Positions 29,553 through 39,614 of a stretch of DNA of 60,764 bases are shown one piece after another. The first letter of the stretch is position 1. The number at the start of each line of letters is the position of its first letter. The notes beneath the pieces were generated by a model. It was given only the letters and a program-made list of their open reading frames with translations. It did not search any database and was not told the origin of the DNA. This DNA is from an uncultured Clostridia bacterium (GTDB taxonomy: Bacteria > Bacillota > Clostridia > Oscillospirales > UBA644), in assembly GCA_944386295.1 (NCBI GenBank), contig CALXAO010000013.1, positions 1-60,764 of the forward strand, given 5' to 3'. The position numbers and the translations under genes were made by a program.

Positions 29553-30275
29553 CTACATTGCAATTCCGCCATCAATGCGGATTACTTCTCCGGTAATATA
29601 ATTGGCATTTTCCGACGCCAAAAATGCTACAAGCCGGGCGACTTCCCATGCTTCTCCCATTCTCCGCAAGGGAATGTTCTTAGCAATGACGTCAGCATCA
29701 AATCCGGCGGTCATGTCTGTACGGATAAAGCCGGGTGCAATAGCGTTGCAGGTAATGCCTCGGGAGGCTAGTTCTTTGGCTATGGACTTTGTGAGTCCTA
29801 TGATTCCTGCTTTTGAGGCCGAATAGTTTGTCTGACCGGCGTTTCCCATTAGTCCCGATACGGAACTGACATTCACAATTTTTCCCTGCTTTTTCCGGAG
29901 AAAGACCGGATAAAGCAATTTAATCATATGAAAGGCGCCTTTCAAATTTACATCTACCACTGCGTCAAAATCCTCCGGAGACATGGCCAGAACTAATTTA
30001 TCCCGGGTAATTCCGGCATTGTTAACCAAAATGTCCACCGTACCAAAGTCGGCTAATACCTGCTTGACAGTCTTTTCGCACTGGGTATAATCGGCGACAT
30101 CGCATACATATGCTTTGGCGTTCGTTCCCAACGCTTCCAGCGTTTCCTTGGCGCGTTCCGGCTCGCCTACATATAAAAAGGCAACGCTGGCCCCTTGTGC
30201 GGCAAAAGTTTCACAGATTGACCGTCCAATGCCCTGACTTCCACCTGTGACCAATACGGTTTTTCCTTCAAACAT
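29553..30275 (-). CDS. fabG: 3-oxoacyl-ACP reductase
   Basis: TGGSQGIG, NNAGITRD, YSASK. Confidence 0.93.
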   Translation of the reverse strand: MFEGKTVLVTGGSQGIGRSICETFAAQGASVAFLYVGEPERAKETLEALGTNAKAYVCDVADYTQCEKTVKQVLADFGTVDILVNNAGITRDKLVLAMSPEDFDAVVDVNLKGAFHMIKLLYPVFLRKKQGKIVNVSSVSGLMGNAGQTNYSASKAGIIGLTKSIAKELASRGITCNAIAPGFIRTDMTAGFDADVIAKNIPLRRMGEAWEVARLVAFLASENANYITGEVIRIDGGIAM

Positions 30276-31188
30276 GGCTTAAAACCTCCTGTCCAATCGC
30301 CGCTGCTTCTTCTGCTGTTTCCACAGCATAAATCAAAGCATCGGGCAGGGTTTTCTGAATTAATTTTTTCAGCGTGGTACCTACGCCGGTTTCAATAAAG
30401 ATGTCAAAGCCCTCTTTTGCTAACCGGCGAATTGTATTTTCCCACTGAACCGGATGGTTCATCTGCCGGGTCAAAAGGCTTGCGATGTCTTCCGTATAGG
30501 GTTGCGCTGTGCAGTTGGAATAGACTGGAATTTCCGGCATGCGCAGATTTTTTTGCTGTAAAAAAGTACCGAAAGCTTCCGCTGCGTCATTCATATAGGG
30601 GGAATGAAATGCACCGCTAACCGCCAAAGGCACAGCGCGACCTCCGGCTTGACGTACTGCGACAGAAAACGCTTCCAAAGAGTCTTTGGCTCCCGATACT
30701 ACCAATTGGCCCGGACAGTTATAATTCACCGGATAAACCCGGTCAAATTGCTGGGCCAACGTTTCCACCGCAGCATTTTCCATTTTTACCACTGCTACCA
30801 TTCCAGTGTCGGCTTGTCGGTTGGCTTCTCCCATGAGCTGCCCCCTACGACAGACGATGGAAAAGCCTTCTTCTAGGGAAAAGGCTCCACCAAAGGCTAG
30901 GGCCGCTATTTCTCCTAAGGAAAATCCGGCCAGAGCTTGAGGTACGATTCCCTCCTCTTCCAGAGCTATTGCTGCTGCTAAATCAGCTAAATACAGGCAA
31001 GGCTGAGTATTTTCGGTTTGTTTTAGTTCTTCCTGCGTTCCCCGTAAACATTGCTCTGTGGTTCCCGGACGAATCCGGTCAGCCGCAGCAAACAGGTCTG
31101 CAACACGGTCATATCGTTCAATCAGGTCCTGGGCCATTCCAGGATGCTGAGCCCCTTGACCGGAAAAAACAAAAGCTATTTTACCCAT
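30268..31188 (-). CDS. fabD: Malonyl-CoA:ACP transacylase
   Basis: GQGAQ, GFSLGE, AFHS. Confidence 0.93.
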   Translation of the reverse strand: MGKIAFVFSGQGAQHPGMAQDLIERYDRVADLFAAADRIRPGTTEQCLRGTQEELKQTENTQPCLYLADLAAAIALEEEGIVPQALAGFSLGEIAALAFGGAFSLEEGFSIVCRRGQLMGEANRQADTGMVAVVKMENAAVETLAQQFDRVYPVNYNCPGQLVVSGAKDSLEAFSVAVRQAGGRAVPLAVSGAFHSPYMNDAAEAFGTFLQQKNLRMPEIPVYSNCTAQPYTEDIASLLTRQMNHPVQWENTIRRLAKEGFDIFIETGVGTTLKKLIQKTLPDALIYAVETAEEAAAIGQEVLSHV

Positions 31189-32126
31189 AGGGATGCTCCT
31201 TTCAGCAATATTTCTGCTTCTTCTGTTACCTGACGAATAATTTCTGCTGCCGGCATCTCTTCCCGAACCAGACCGGAAATCTGTCCGGCCAGAAGACAGC
31301 CATTTTTTACATCGCCCTCTATAGCTGCCCGCCGCAACGATCCTACGCCAAGTTCAGCGATATCTTCCGCTGTGGTTTCGGGTAAATATTCGGTTTTTAA
31401 AAAATTACGGGTAAAGGTATTTTTAATACAACGGCAGGTATTTCCGCCAAACCGGCGGCCGGTAGTCACGGTGGAAATGTCGCCTGCCTTCAGCACTGCC
31501 TGCTTGTATGCGGGATGAACGCTGCATTCACAGGCGACTAAAAACCGGGTTCCCATTTGAACCCCCTGGGCTCCCAGCATCATGGCGGCCGCCATGCCTC
31601 TACCGTCTGCAATACCGCCTGCGGCTAAAACAGGAATAGACACCGCATCACAAACTTGAGGGACAATTGCCATTGTCGTCAGTTCTCCAATATGGCCGCC
31701 GGACTCCTGCCCCTCAGCAATCACCGCCGCAGCTCCCGCATCCTGAGCCATCTTAGCCATAGCGACTGAGGCGACAACCGGAATGACAGTAATGCCTGCT
31801 TCCAGCCATTGGGGCATGTATTGGGTGGGGCGCCCTGCGCCGGTAGTTACAACCGCCACTTTTTCCTCTGCTACGAGTGCGGCAACTTCTGCGACATGCG
31901 GACTCATGAGCATAATATTTACACCAAAAGGCTTATCGGTCAGATTTCGAGCCGTCCGGATCTGCTCCCGCAGATAGTTTTTATCAGCGTTCATGGCTGA
32001 AATAATTCCTAGGCCGCCTCCTTCCGAGACGGCCGCCGCCAATTTTCCATCCGAAATCCAGGCCATACCGCCTTGGAAGATCGGATACCGGATGCCCAGT
32101 AAATCACAAATTTGGGAAGAAATCAT
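31176..32126 (-). CDS. fabK: Enoyl-ACP reductase FabK
   Basis: QGGMAW, ESGGH, AAGGI, QMGTRF; in fab operon. Confidence 0.9.
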   Translation of the reverse strand: MISSQICDLLGIRYPIFQGGMAWISDGKLAAAVSEGGGLGIISAMNADKNYLREQIRTARNLTDKPFGVNIMLMSPHVAEVAALVAEEKVAVVTTGAGRPTQYMPQWLEAGITVIPVVASVAMAKMAQDAGAAAVIAEGQESGGHIGELTTMAIVPQVCDAVSIPVLAAGGIADGRGMAAAMMLGAQGVQMGTRFLVACECSVHPAYKQAVLKAGDISTVTTGRRFGGNTCRCIKNTFTRNFLKTEYLPETTAEDIAELGVGSLRRAAIEGDVKNGCLLAGQISGLVREEMPAAEIIRQVTEEAEILLKGASLWVK

Positions 32127-32133
32127 ACGTTTT

Positions 32134-32355
32134 TCACGCTTTCAGTGCATCAAGCTTCGCAACGATGTCCCCAACTGTTTTTAACGATCCATCCATTTCC
32201 AACTTGACGCCAAACTCATTTTCCAGATTCAGTACCAATTCGGCAATATCCAAAGAGTCAATTCCCAGGTCGCTCAATGCCGTTTCGGTTGTGATTTCAG
32301 AGGCCTCCATATCGGAAATTTCAGAAATCATTTCTGCAACTTTTTCCAGTGTCAT
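32134..32355 (-). CDS. acpP: Acyl carrier protein
   Basis: Acidic 73 aa; LGIDSLD phosphopantetheine site. Confidence 0.93.
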   Translation of the reverse strand: MTLEKVAEMISEISDMEASEITTETALSDLGIDSLDIAELVLNLENEFGVKLEMDGSLKTVGDIVAKLDALKA

Positions 32356-32404
32356 AATAAAAAATCCTCCTGCTATTTTGGTAAAATTTTGGTATTCATT
32401 CTTT

Positions 32405-32433
32405 TAGTGTACCTCTTTTGGAAAAAGGTTACA
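32405..32433 (-). promoter_or_regulatory. Putative ECF-sigma promoter upstream of acpP
   Basis: TGTAACC-16 bp-ACACTA on the minus strand; AAC core typical of ECF -35 elements. Confidence 0.5.
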
Positions 32434-32528
32434 CCGAATTTGAAAAAAATTTTAATCTTATCGGGTATTCATTCAAAGAAATGACACGAATATCGACTAT
32501 TATATAATTTAAAGAAGGGAGTGTGCGG

Positions 32529-33044
32529 ATGAAAGAGTTTGAAGAAATTTATAGGGAGAACTATTCTTTTATTTACGGCTTTCTCCGCAAGCTTTGCGGA
32601 AATCGGGAATTGGCAGAGGAACTGTCGGGGGAAACCTTTTATCAGGCTTTCCGGTCTTTTCGGAAATTCCGAGGCGAAAGCAAAGTATCTACTTGGCTGA
32701 CGGCTATCGCAAAACATGTGTATTATCACTATTTAAAATCGCACCGTCTTTCTTTGGATACCATCAGCTTAGATACCGTCGAAGATGTTTTGGCTGGGAA
32801 TTCTCTGCCGACCGCAGGGCCAGAGATCGGATTGCTTCAGGAGGAACAGCGGCAGGCGCTGCGGCGGACGCTTCGAAAACTTCCCGACAAATACCGGGAT
32901 GTAGTACTCCTGCGGATCTATGCCGATCTTCCCTTTGCAGAGGTGGCGGCTGCTCTGAAAATTAGTGAAAATTCTGCAAAAGTAATTTATTGTCGGGCAA
33001 AAAAAATGTTATCGGAGGAATTGAAGCATGAATTTGACTTGTGA
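32529..33044 (+). CDS. ECF RNA polymerase sigma factor
   Basis: Region 2 AEEL..ETF, TWLTAIA; region 4 LPDKYR..EVA..L. Confidence 0.92.
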   Translation: MKEFEEIYRENYSFIYGFLRKLCGNRELAEELSGETFYQAFRSFRKFRGESKVSTWLTAIAKHVYYHYLKSHRLSLDTISLDTVEDVLAGNSLPTAGPEIGLLQEEQRQALRRTLRKLPDKYRDVVLLRIYADLPFAEVAAALKISENSAKVIYCRAKKMLSEELKHEFDL

Positions 33045-33351
33045 TACTGTGATGGATCTGTTTCCTTTATATTATGACGGCCTAGCCAGCCAGTCCAGTC
33101 GGGAGGCCATTCGCCGCCATCTTCGGACATGTCCTTCTTGCCGGGAGTTTGTTCACCGGTATCGGGAAACTGCTAGTCATCCGGCCCCCTGTGGGTCGGA
33201 GTCTCTTCCTGATTTTGACCAGGGGTACCGGAATTTGGCTGACCGTTTGAAACGGCGGCATATCATTAAGACCTCCGCCTTTTCCTTTGTCTTAGCTGTC
33301 TGTCTGGCTACTTTGGCCGCCAGTTTTTTTCTTAAACGAAACGGACGGTAA
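33028..33351 (+). CDS. zf-HC2 (ZAS) anti-sigma factor, single TM
   Basis: CDTVMDLFPLY.D, HLRTCPSC; C-terminal TM with almost no extracellular domain. Confidence 0.88.
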   Translation: MNLTCDTVMDLFPLYYDGLASQSSREAIRRHLRTCPSCREFVHRYRETASHPAPCGSESLPDFDQGYRNLADRLKRRHIIKTSAFSFVLAVCLATLAASFFLKRNGR

Positions 33352-33362
33352 AAAGAAATGTT

Positions 33363-33406
33363 CCTCTCGGCGTACCCTCCGCAAGGAAGGTACGCCGAGG
33401 GGCTTT
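33363..33406 (+). terminator. Terminator after the sigma/anti-sigma pair
   Basis: CCTCTCGGCGTACC ... GGTACGCCGAGGGG-CTTT. Confidence 0.75.
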
Positions 33407-33443
33407 GTATCTCAATTTAATAATAATTTTGTTAATGATCGGG

Positions 33444-33581
33444 TTATGCCGTTTTGCTTTTGGTTTGCTCTAAACGCTTTTGGAAGGCTTCTTCCCTTTC
33501 CTCGAGCAAAAGTCCTCGGATAACACCGATGCCGTTGTAGTGGATGCCGATGATTTGGTATCGTTGACCATCAAGGTATTT
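33444..33581 (-). pseudogene. C-terminal fragment of a TnpX-like large serine recombinase (DUF4368-type tail)
   Basis: Translates KYLDGQRYQIIGIHYNGIGVIRGLLLEEREEAFQKRLEQTKSKTA*. Confidence 0.65.
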
Positions 33582-34239
33582 TAGTGCGTGTAGGATGACA
33601 TTGTGCTTTTTATAAACAATGGTTTATCATCCGTATTTGCTACCATAGAACATACAACAAAGCTAATTTCATCAATGAAATTCGCTTCTATAAATGCTCC
33701 GTCAAGAATACCTACCGTCCTCAAGGAGCAGGTGCCTATGCTGACAATATTTTTCAGCTTAAACAAAGCAAGCTCCTCATCAATTTCTGTTTTCCTGTAA
33801 ATATATACGGGATCTCCACTTCTTCAAGATATGCGAGATAGCGTTCGTCCACCTGCTCGGTCAGCACTTCAATAATCTGTGCATTGTCGTAACCGGAGGC
33901 TTTGTTGGGATCTGCGATACAGTTAGACTTCCAACTGAGCTTGCCATGAAAATCAAACCAACCGCATACAATCCGGAAAGATTATCTATCATAAAATCCA
34001 TTTTAAGCCCATTTCGTGTTTAACAAGTTTGTATGCCGACAAGTCGGGATAATCTGTGTCGCAAAAACTCCCCTGCATAGAGTAACACGACCGCAGATAT
34101 ACTCATCGGCTTTATAATCTCTGTTGAGCTGATAATATGCTTCTACGGCTTTGGCATTTTCGGGATGTGAAAGGAAATCTCCCGTAACCTTGCTGTCAAT
34201 AGAGGTAGTCATGTGACAAATAATATACGGTTTGTTCAT
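33581..34239 (-). pseudogene. RibD C-terminal/DHFR-like reductase pseudogene
   Basis: MNKPYIICHMTTSIDSKVTG, ICGRVT, GAFIEANFIDEISFVV; frameshifted. Confidence 0.75.
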
Positions 34240-34658
34240 TTTGTGCTATCTTCATTTTCATCATCCAAACGAAGAAGATTGCTTGTATAAGGTCTTACAC
34301 CGGAGAGAACTTCATCATAGAAATTCTGTTTGTAGTCAATAAAGTCGATGCAAGCTTCAATTTCCTTAATGCTCTCGCGCAGGGCCACTTGTTTTTCGGC
34401 AAGCATTTCTTTTCTGCGAGGAATTGAAGATTTGCCTTCAAGGCAAAGTTTTGTATATTCTTGCATTTCGGCAATACTCATTCCGCACTTTTTCAGACAA
34501 GAAAGACCTTCGAGCCATTTGAGATCGCGCTCGTCAAAAATGCGACGGTTGTTTGCATCGCGTTTAACATTAGGGACAAGTCCTTCGTTGCAATAAAATT
34601 TCAGCGTTTGATATGTCATATCAAGTTTTCGGCAGACCTGCATCATGGTATATATCAT
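34236..34658 (-). CDS. MerR family transcriptional regulator
   Basis: TLKFYCNEGL, RDANNRRIF, CLKKCGMSIAEM. Confidence 0.92.
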   Translation of the reverse strand: MIYTMMQVCRKLDMTYQTLKFYCNEGLVPNVKRDANNRRIFDERDLKWLEGLSCLKKCGMSIAEMQEYTKLCLEGKSSIPRRKEMLAEKQVALRESIKEIEACIDFIDYKQNFYDEVLSGVRPYTSNLLRLDDENEDSTK

Positions 34659-34717
34659 GCTGTTACCTTCCTTTTTGTATCTTCACAAAAAATTTATAAT
34701 TATTTTTGAAAAACCTA

Positions 34718-34748
34718 TTGACCGATAGTTACAACCGTAATGTATAAT
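34718..34748 (+). promoter_or_regulatory. MerR-type promoter with 19 bp spacer
   Basis: TTGACC-19 bp (containing dyad TTAC-AACC-GTAA)-TATAAT, divergent from merR. Confidence 0.7.
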
Positions 34749-34859
34749 CAGTTGTATCAAGCGGTTGTATGCTTAAAGTATATCACAACTGGGAGCAAAA
34801 AGCAATATTATTTTTTGAATTTATCAGCAACAAATGCTGAAAGAAAGAGAGGTTTTTCT

Positions 34860-35744
34860 ATAAACTATGTAACTCTTTCAAACGGTGTCAAAATGCCGCA
34901 GCTGGGCTATGGCGTGTATCAAGTGTCCAAAGATGAGTGTGAGAGGTGCGTGCTTGATGCACTCAAAGTCGGCTATCGGCACATCGACACGGCGCAGAGC
35001 TATTTTAACGAGGATGAAGTCGGCTCTGCCATTGAAAAGTCGGGCATTCCCCGTGAGGAGATCTTTCTCACAACAAAGGTATGGATCGAACATTACAGCT
35101 ATGAAAAAACAAAGACATCGGTATATGAGTCTATGCGTAAGCTGAAAACGGATTATATTGACCTCGTTCTTCTGCATCAGCCTTTTGCCGATGTTTACGG
35201 TGCATGGCGTGCATTGGAGGAGTTGTATGACGAGGGCAAGCTCCGTGCCATCGGTATCTCCAACTTCTATCCCGACAGAATGGTGGACATCTGCTCCTTT
35301 GCCCGTATCAAGCCTATGGTCAATCAAGTCGAAACGCATCCTCACAATCAGCAGATCGAAGCACAGAAGTGGATGGAGAAATACGGTGTGCAGATCGAAG
35401 CGTGGGCGCCGTTTGGCGAAGGCAAGGGCGGTTTGTTTGCCGAGCCTACTATAGAGAAAATCGGAAAGAAATACGGTAAGACCGTTGCACAGATCATTTT
35501 GCGTTGGGAGCTTCAGCGCGGTATCGTTGTTATTCCAAAGTCTGTTCATATCGAGCGTATGCGGGAAAATTTCAATGTGTTTGATTTTGAACTAACCGCC
35601 GAGGATATGGAAATTATGGGGAACCTTGACAAAAAGCAATCTTCCTTCTTCTCACATACCGAGCCTGCTGTGGTGGAATGGTTTGCAAAAATGGTTGAAG
35701 AACGCAAGAAAAACAACGACTACACAAAGGAGGAAAAGAAGTGA
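34860..35744 (+). CDS. Aldo/keto reductase; expected start codon reads ATA
   Basis: LSNGVKMPQLGYG, DTAQSY, TTK, LLHQP, IPKS; AGAGG RBS precedes ATA at 34860. Confidence 0.85.
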   Translation: MNYVTLSNGVKMPQLGYGVYQVSKDECERCVLDALKVGYRHIDTAQSYFNEDEVGSAIEKSGIPREEIFLTTKVWIEHYSYEKTKTSVYESMRKLKTDYIDLVLLHQPFADVYGAWRALEELYDEGKLRAIGISNFYPDRMVDICSFARIKPMVNQVETHPHNQQIEAQKWMEKYGVQIEAWAPFGEGKGGLFAEPTIEKIGKKYGKTVAQIILRWELQRGIVVIPKSVHIERMRENFNVFDFELTAEDMEIMGNLDKKQSSFFSHTEPAVVEWFAKMVEERKKNNDYTKEEKK

Positions 35745-36985
35745 TGATGAAAAAAGTTATATCAATCCTTTTAGCGGTGCTTATGCTGTTTGCTCTCGTT
35801 TCATGCGGCAAAGACGAAACCCCCGATGCAGGCACAACACCTAACGACAGTATTCCCGGACAAAAGCCCGATGATGATCGTCCCGAAACTCCCGACAGTA
35901 AAACGCTTGTTGTCTATTTTTCCATGCCAGATAATGTGGATAACAGTTCGGTCGTTATAAATGGCGAAATTCTCGGCAACACGCAATATATGGCGTATGT
36001 TATTCAAGAGAATACGGGAGCAAATATTTTCCGCATTGTTCCCGAATCACCCTATCCCACCGACCATGACGAGTTGGTTGACCTTGCCAAGGACGAGCAG
36101 AACGACAATGCCCGACCGAAGTTTGTGGGCGAGATCGAAAACTTTATAGAGTATGATACGGTCTTTGTCGGCTACCCAAATTGGTGGACTGATATGCCGA
36201 TGATCCTTTACACATTCTTTGATACCTACGATTTTTCGGGCAAGACCATTATTCCGTTCAATACACACGGCGGAAGCGGATTTTCAAGCACGATTGCTAC
36301 AATTAAGAGTTTAGAGCCGAATGCCAAGGTCAAGGACGGCAAATCCATTTCCCGCAATGTGATCGCGGATGCCGAACAGGAGATTATTGATTGGATAAAA
36401 TCTCTCGGTTTTGAAAAACCTGCAACGCCTCCCGAAAGCGACGATAATGAAACCAATCTCCCCGACACAGAAACAACAACTCCTCCCGATACCGAAAAAG
36501 AGGGCAAAACCTTGGTCGTGTATTATTCTGCAACCGGCAACACCGAGCGCGTGGCGGGATATATTGCAAACGCAACGGGCGGTACGCTCTTTGAACTTGT
36601 CCCCGTCAATCCGTACACTTCTGCCGACCTAAATTGGACAGTTGCAGGCAGCCGTGTCAACTTGGAGCATGACGATGTTTCTCTTCGTAATATTGAGCTT
36701 GTAAACACCGTACCCGAAAATTGGGAGGAATACGATATTGTTTATATCGGTTATCCGATTTGGTGGGCTATCGCCGCATGGCCTGTTGACAACTTCGTCA
36801 AGACCAATGATTTTACGGGCAAAACGGTCATTCCGTTCTGTACTGCCGTAAGTTCCGGACTTGGACAAAGCGGTGAATTGCTTGCCCAAATGGCAGGCGA
36901 GGGTGATTGGCTTGTCGGCAAGCGTTTTTCTTCGGGTGTAGGAGAAAACGAGGTTGTCGAATGGGTCAATAGCCTTACAGAGTAA
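35744..36985 (+). CDS. Lipoprotein with two tandem flavodoxin domains
   Basis: Lipobox LVSC; two copies of LVVY.S..GNT, GYP.WW and GKT.IPF.T. Confidence 0.85.
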   Translation: MMKKVISILLAVLMLFALVSCGKDETPDAGTTPNDSIPGQKPDDDRPETPDSKTLVVYFSMPDNVDNSSVVINGEILGNTQYMAYVIQENTGANIFRIVPESPYPTDHDELVDLAKDEQNDNARPKFVGEIENFIEYDTVFVGYPNWWTDMPMILYTFFDTYDFSGKTIIPFNTHGGSGFSSTIATIKSLEPNAKVKDGKSISRNVIADAEQEIIDWIKSLGFEKPATPPESDDNETNLPDTETTTPPDTEKEGKTLVVYYSATGNTERVAGYIANATGGTLFELVPVNPYTSADLNWTVAGSRVNLEHDDVSLRNIELVNTVPENWEEYDIVYIGYPIWWAIAAWPVDNFVKTNDFTGKTVIPFCTAVSSGLGQSGELLAQMAGEGDWLVGKRFSSGVGENEVVEWVNSLTE

Positions 36986-36989
36986 CGGT

Positions 36990-37994
36990 ATGAAAAAATT
37001 TATTTTAATTATAACAATATTACTTTTATTCGCATTGTCTTTCAGTGCTTGTACGCCCACGAATCCAAACAACACCGAAGATACAAATGATAAAAAAACG
37101 GCACAACCGAGAGTAGCGCACAAGACGGTACACAAGGTGGACACAAACACCTGACAGCACCCCGGCCGATAAGAATGATAATATGATACATTTTCCAATC
37201 GCACTTGTTGCAATTCCCGAAACATATTACGGCGAAGCCGAGCAGAAAGTCTCTTTGCAGGATCTCTATTATGATACCTATGAGCAAAAAGACACGGAAA
37301 CCTCAAAAATACGCTGTCGTCTATCTGCCATATGGTTATGACGAGGCAAAGGAATATCCTGTTTTTTTCCTTATGCACGGCGGTTGGTGCAATGAATATA
37401 CTCACCTCGGTAGCGTAGATAACCCGCACGGTATGAAGCATATCCTTAATCACGGCATACAAAACGGTGAAATTCAGCCGATGATTGTGGTTTGTCCGAC
37501 CTACAACAATACAAGCTCCAAGGATAGCGGGAATTACAGTCTTGCTTTGCGGTTGACCGACAATTACCATAACAAGCTTGAAAATGATTTAATTCCCGAC
37601 GTTGACGGCAAGTACGTACCCATAGCCGACAGAGATTACCGAGCCTTTTGCGGCTTTTCGAGGGGTTCTATGATAACATGGAGCACCTTTGAACATTCCC
37701 TTGAATACTTCCGCTATTTTATGCCTTCAAGCGGCGGCCCCGTACTCTCCGCAAGTACCTATGCCGATATCATCAAAAATGTGGGCTATGATTGGGCCGA
37801 TTTCTTTATTTTTGCCGCTTCGGGAACTTCTGATTTTTTCTATTCGGGATTTAAGCGCGGCATTGACACAATGAAAGCCAACGGCGACATGTTCCGATAT
37901 GCAGATAATAAATCTCTATTACCTTGAGTCCGACGGCGACCATTCGGGCTATTACGCCATGCTGTATTTCTACATTGGTCTGTGTTGGATATGA
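36990..37994 (+). pseudogene. Lipoprotein esterase (alpha/beta hydrolase) pseudogene
   Basis: Lipobox FSAC; VYLPYGY, LMHGG, GFSRG; stop and frameshifts. Confidence 0.7.
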
Positions 37995-38003
37995 GATTGA
38001 GTT

Positions 38004-38681
38004 ATGAAAGCTAAACGAATTGTTAAAATCATTATTGATCTACTCATGTATCTGCTGTTTATTGCTCTTATGCAAAAGCATTTATGGTCGGACGGGATGC
38101 ATGAGTGGATCGGTGTAACTTTATTTGAACTGTTTATTCTACATAATATCCTCAATTACCGTTGGTACATATCCTTGTTCCGAGGAAAATATAACGCATA
38201 CCGCACGATACTTACCATTGTCAATATTGCACTTCTCGCCGCTATGCTCGGCTGCATTGTCAGCTCGCTTTTGATTTCGGGAAAGGTTTTCGTTTTCCTT
38301 AATCTCGGCGGTGCAAGGTTTGGCAGAACGCTTCATCTTGTCGCAACGGCGTGGGCGTTTGTGTTGATGAGCATACACCTCGGCTTGCATTTTGCGCCAT
38401 TTGCAAATAATCTATGCAAATGGGGACTGCATCCATGGGTGTGTCGTATGATCGTGATTATAATGGCGGCATACGGTATCTATATCTTTGCCGAGCGTGC
38501 ATTTTACGAGGAACTGTTTTATTTAACCGAATACAAATTTTTTGACACTACAAAGAGTGCGGCGATTTATTTTTATGAAATGCTGGCCATGTCCGCGTCC
38601 TTTGTTGCTCTTGCTCATTACGGCAAGAAGCTCATGCAAATGAAGAAGAAACGAGGTAACGCCGAATATGACCGATCATAA
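38004..38681 (+). CDS. DUF4405-type membrane protein (cytochrome b-like His pairs)
   Basis: HEWIG...HNILN, H.....W....SIHLGLH. Confidence 0.75.
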   Translation: MKAKRIVKIIIDLLMYLLFIALMQKHLWSDGMHEWIGVTLFELFILHNILNYRWYISLFRGKYNAYRTILTIVNIALLAAMLGCIVSSLLISGKVFVFLNLGGARFGRTLHLVATAWAFVLMSIHLGLHFAPFANNLCKWGLHPWVCRMIVIIMAAYGIYIFAERAFYEELFYLTEYKFFDTTKSAAIYFYEMLAMSASFVALAHYGKKLMQMKKKRGNAEYDRS

Positions 38682-39600
38682 CGACGATGACAGTACGCAA
38701 GGAACAACCGAGAACTCCACCGAGAAGACTACTTCGGACACGAAAATCCCCCTACCGAAACCGACAAGGTGGATGACACTATCCCCCGATAATGAAACCA
38801 CAACGCCCGGCGACGACATTCCCTCCGCTAATTTTACTGCACCTACTCCCGATGAAAGATAGATGATCTATTTTTGGGAGGATGATAAAATTCCGTGTTG
38901 GCGCGGAAATCTCAATAGCAATGATCCCGCAGATTTTTTGACCTCACATCTTGACCTATCCCGCCGAGGGTGAGATCAAAGGTGCGGTCTTAATCTACCC
39001 CCGGCGGTGCATTTTAGTTTATTTAGAGTATGTACCCGGAGAGATATAGCATGCCGAAAGACTCTCGGCTCTCGATTATCAATGCTTTATCGTAAGCTAC
39101 CGATTAAGTTCCTATTTCCAAGCAGAAAGAGCACTTGACCTTGTCCGTGCCGTGTATATCCGTTATCATGGCAAAGGAATACGGCATCAACGAAAATGAT
39201 ATTGCTGTAGTCGGCTTCTCGGCGGGCAGTATCCTCTGCGGAGAATTTTTGCTGAAAAATGACGGCGCACAGCTACCGAGCGATCTCGACAATGATTATA
39301 TCAGTGACAGTATTGATTATGTTTTGGCAGAAGCAAGTGCTATCGGGCATATTTACTCGTTTTACGGCAGACTTTCGTATCGAACAACGAATGTGGATAC
39401 GCTGAAAGCGGGAGAGCTGTCGCCGACATTCTATGCGTTTGGTACGCACAATCCTTTTTACAATCAATTCATGCAAAGCGCCGATACTTACCGTGAAGCG
39501 GGCGTTACCGTAGAAGAACACATTTTTGAAAGACAGCCCCATGGCTTCGGCCCCGGCAATCAAAATTTAAATTGGATTCCTCACAGATATATTCAAAAAC
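38668..39600 (+). pseudogene. Alpha/beta hydrolase pseudogene
   Basis: GAVLIYPGGAF*, VVGFSAG, PHGFG; several stops. Confidence 0.7.
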
Positions 39601-39614
39601 AATTAGAAAGAACA

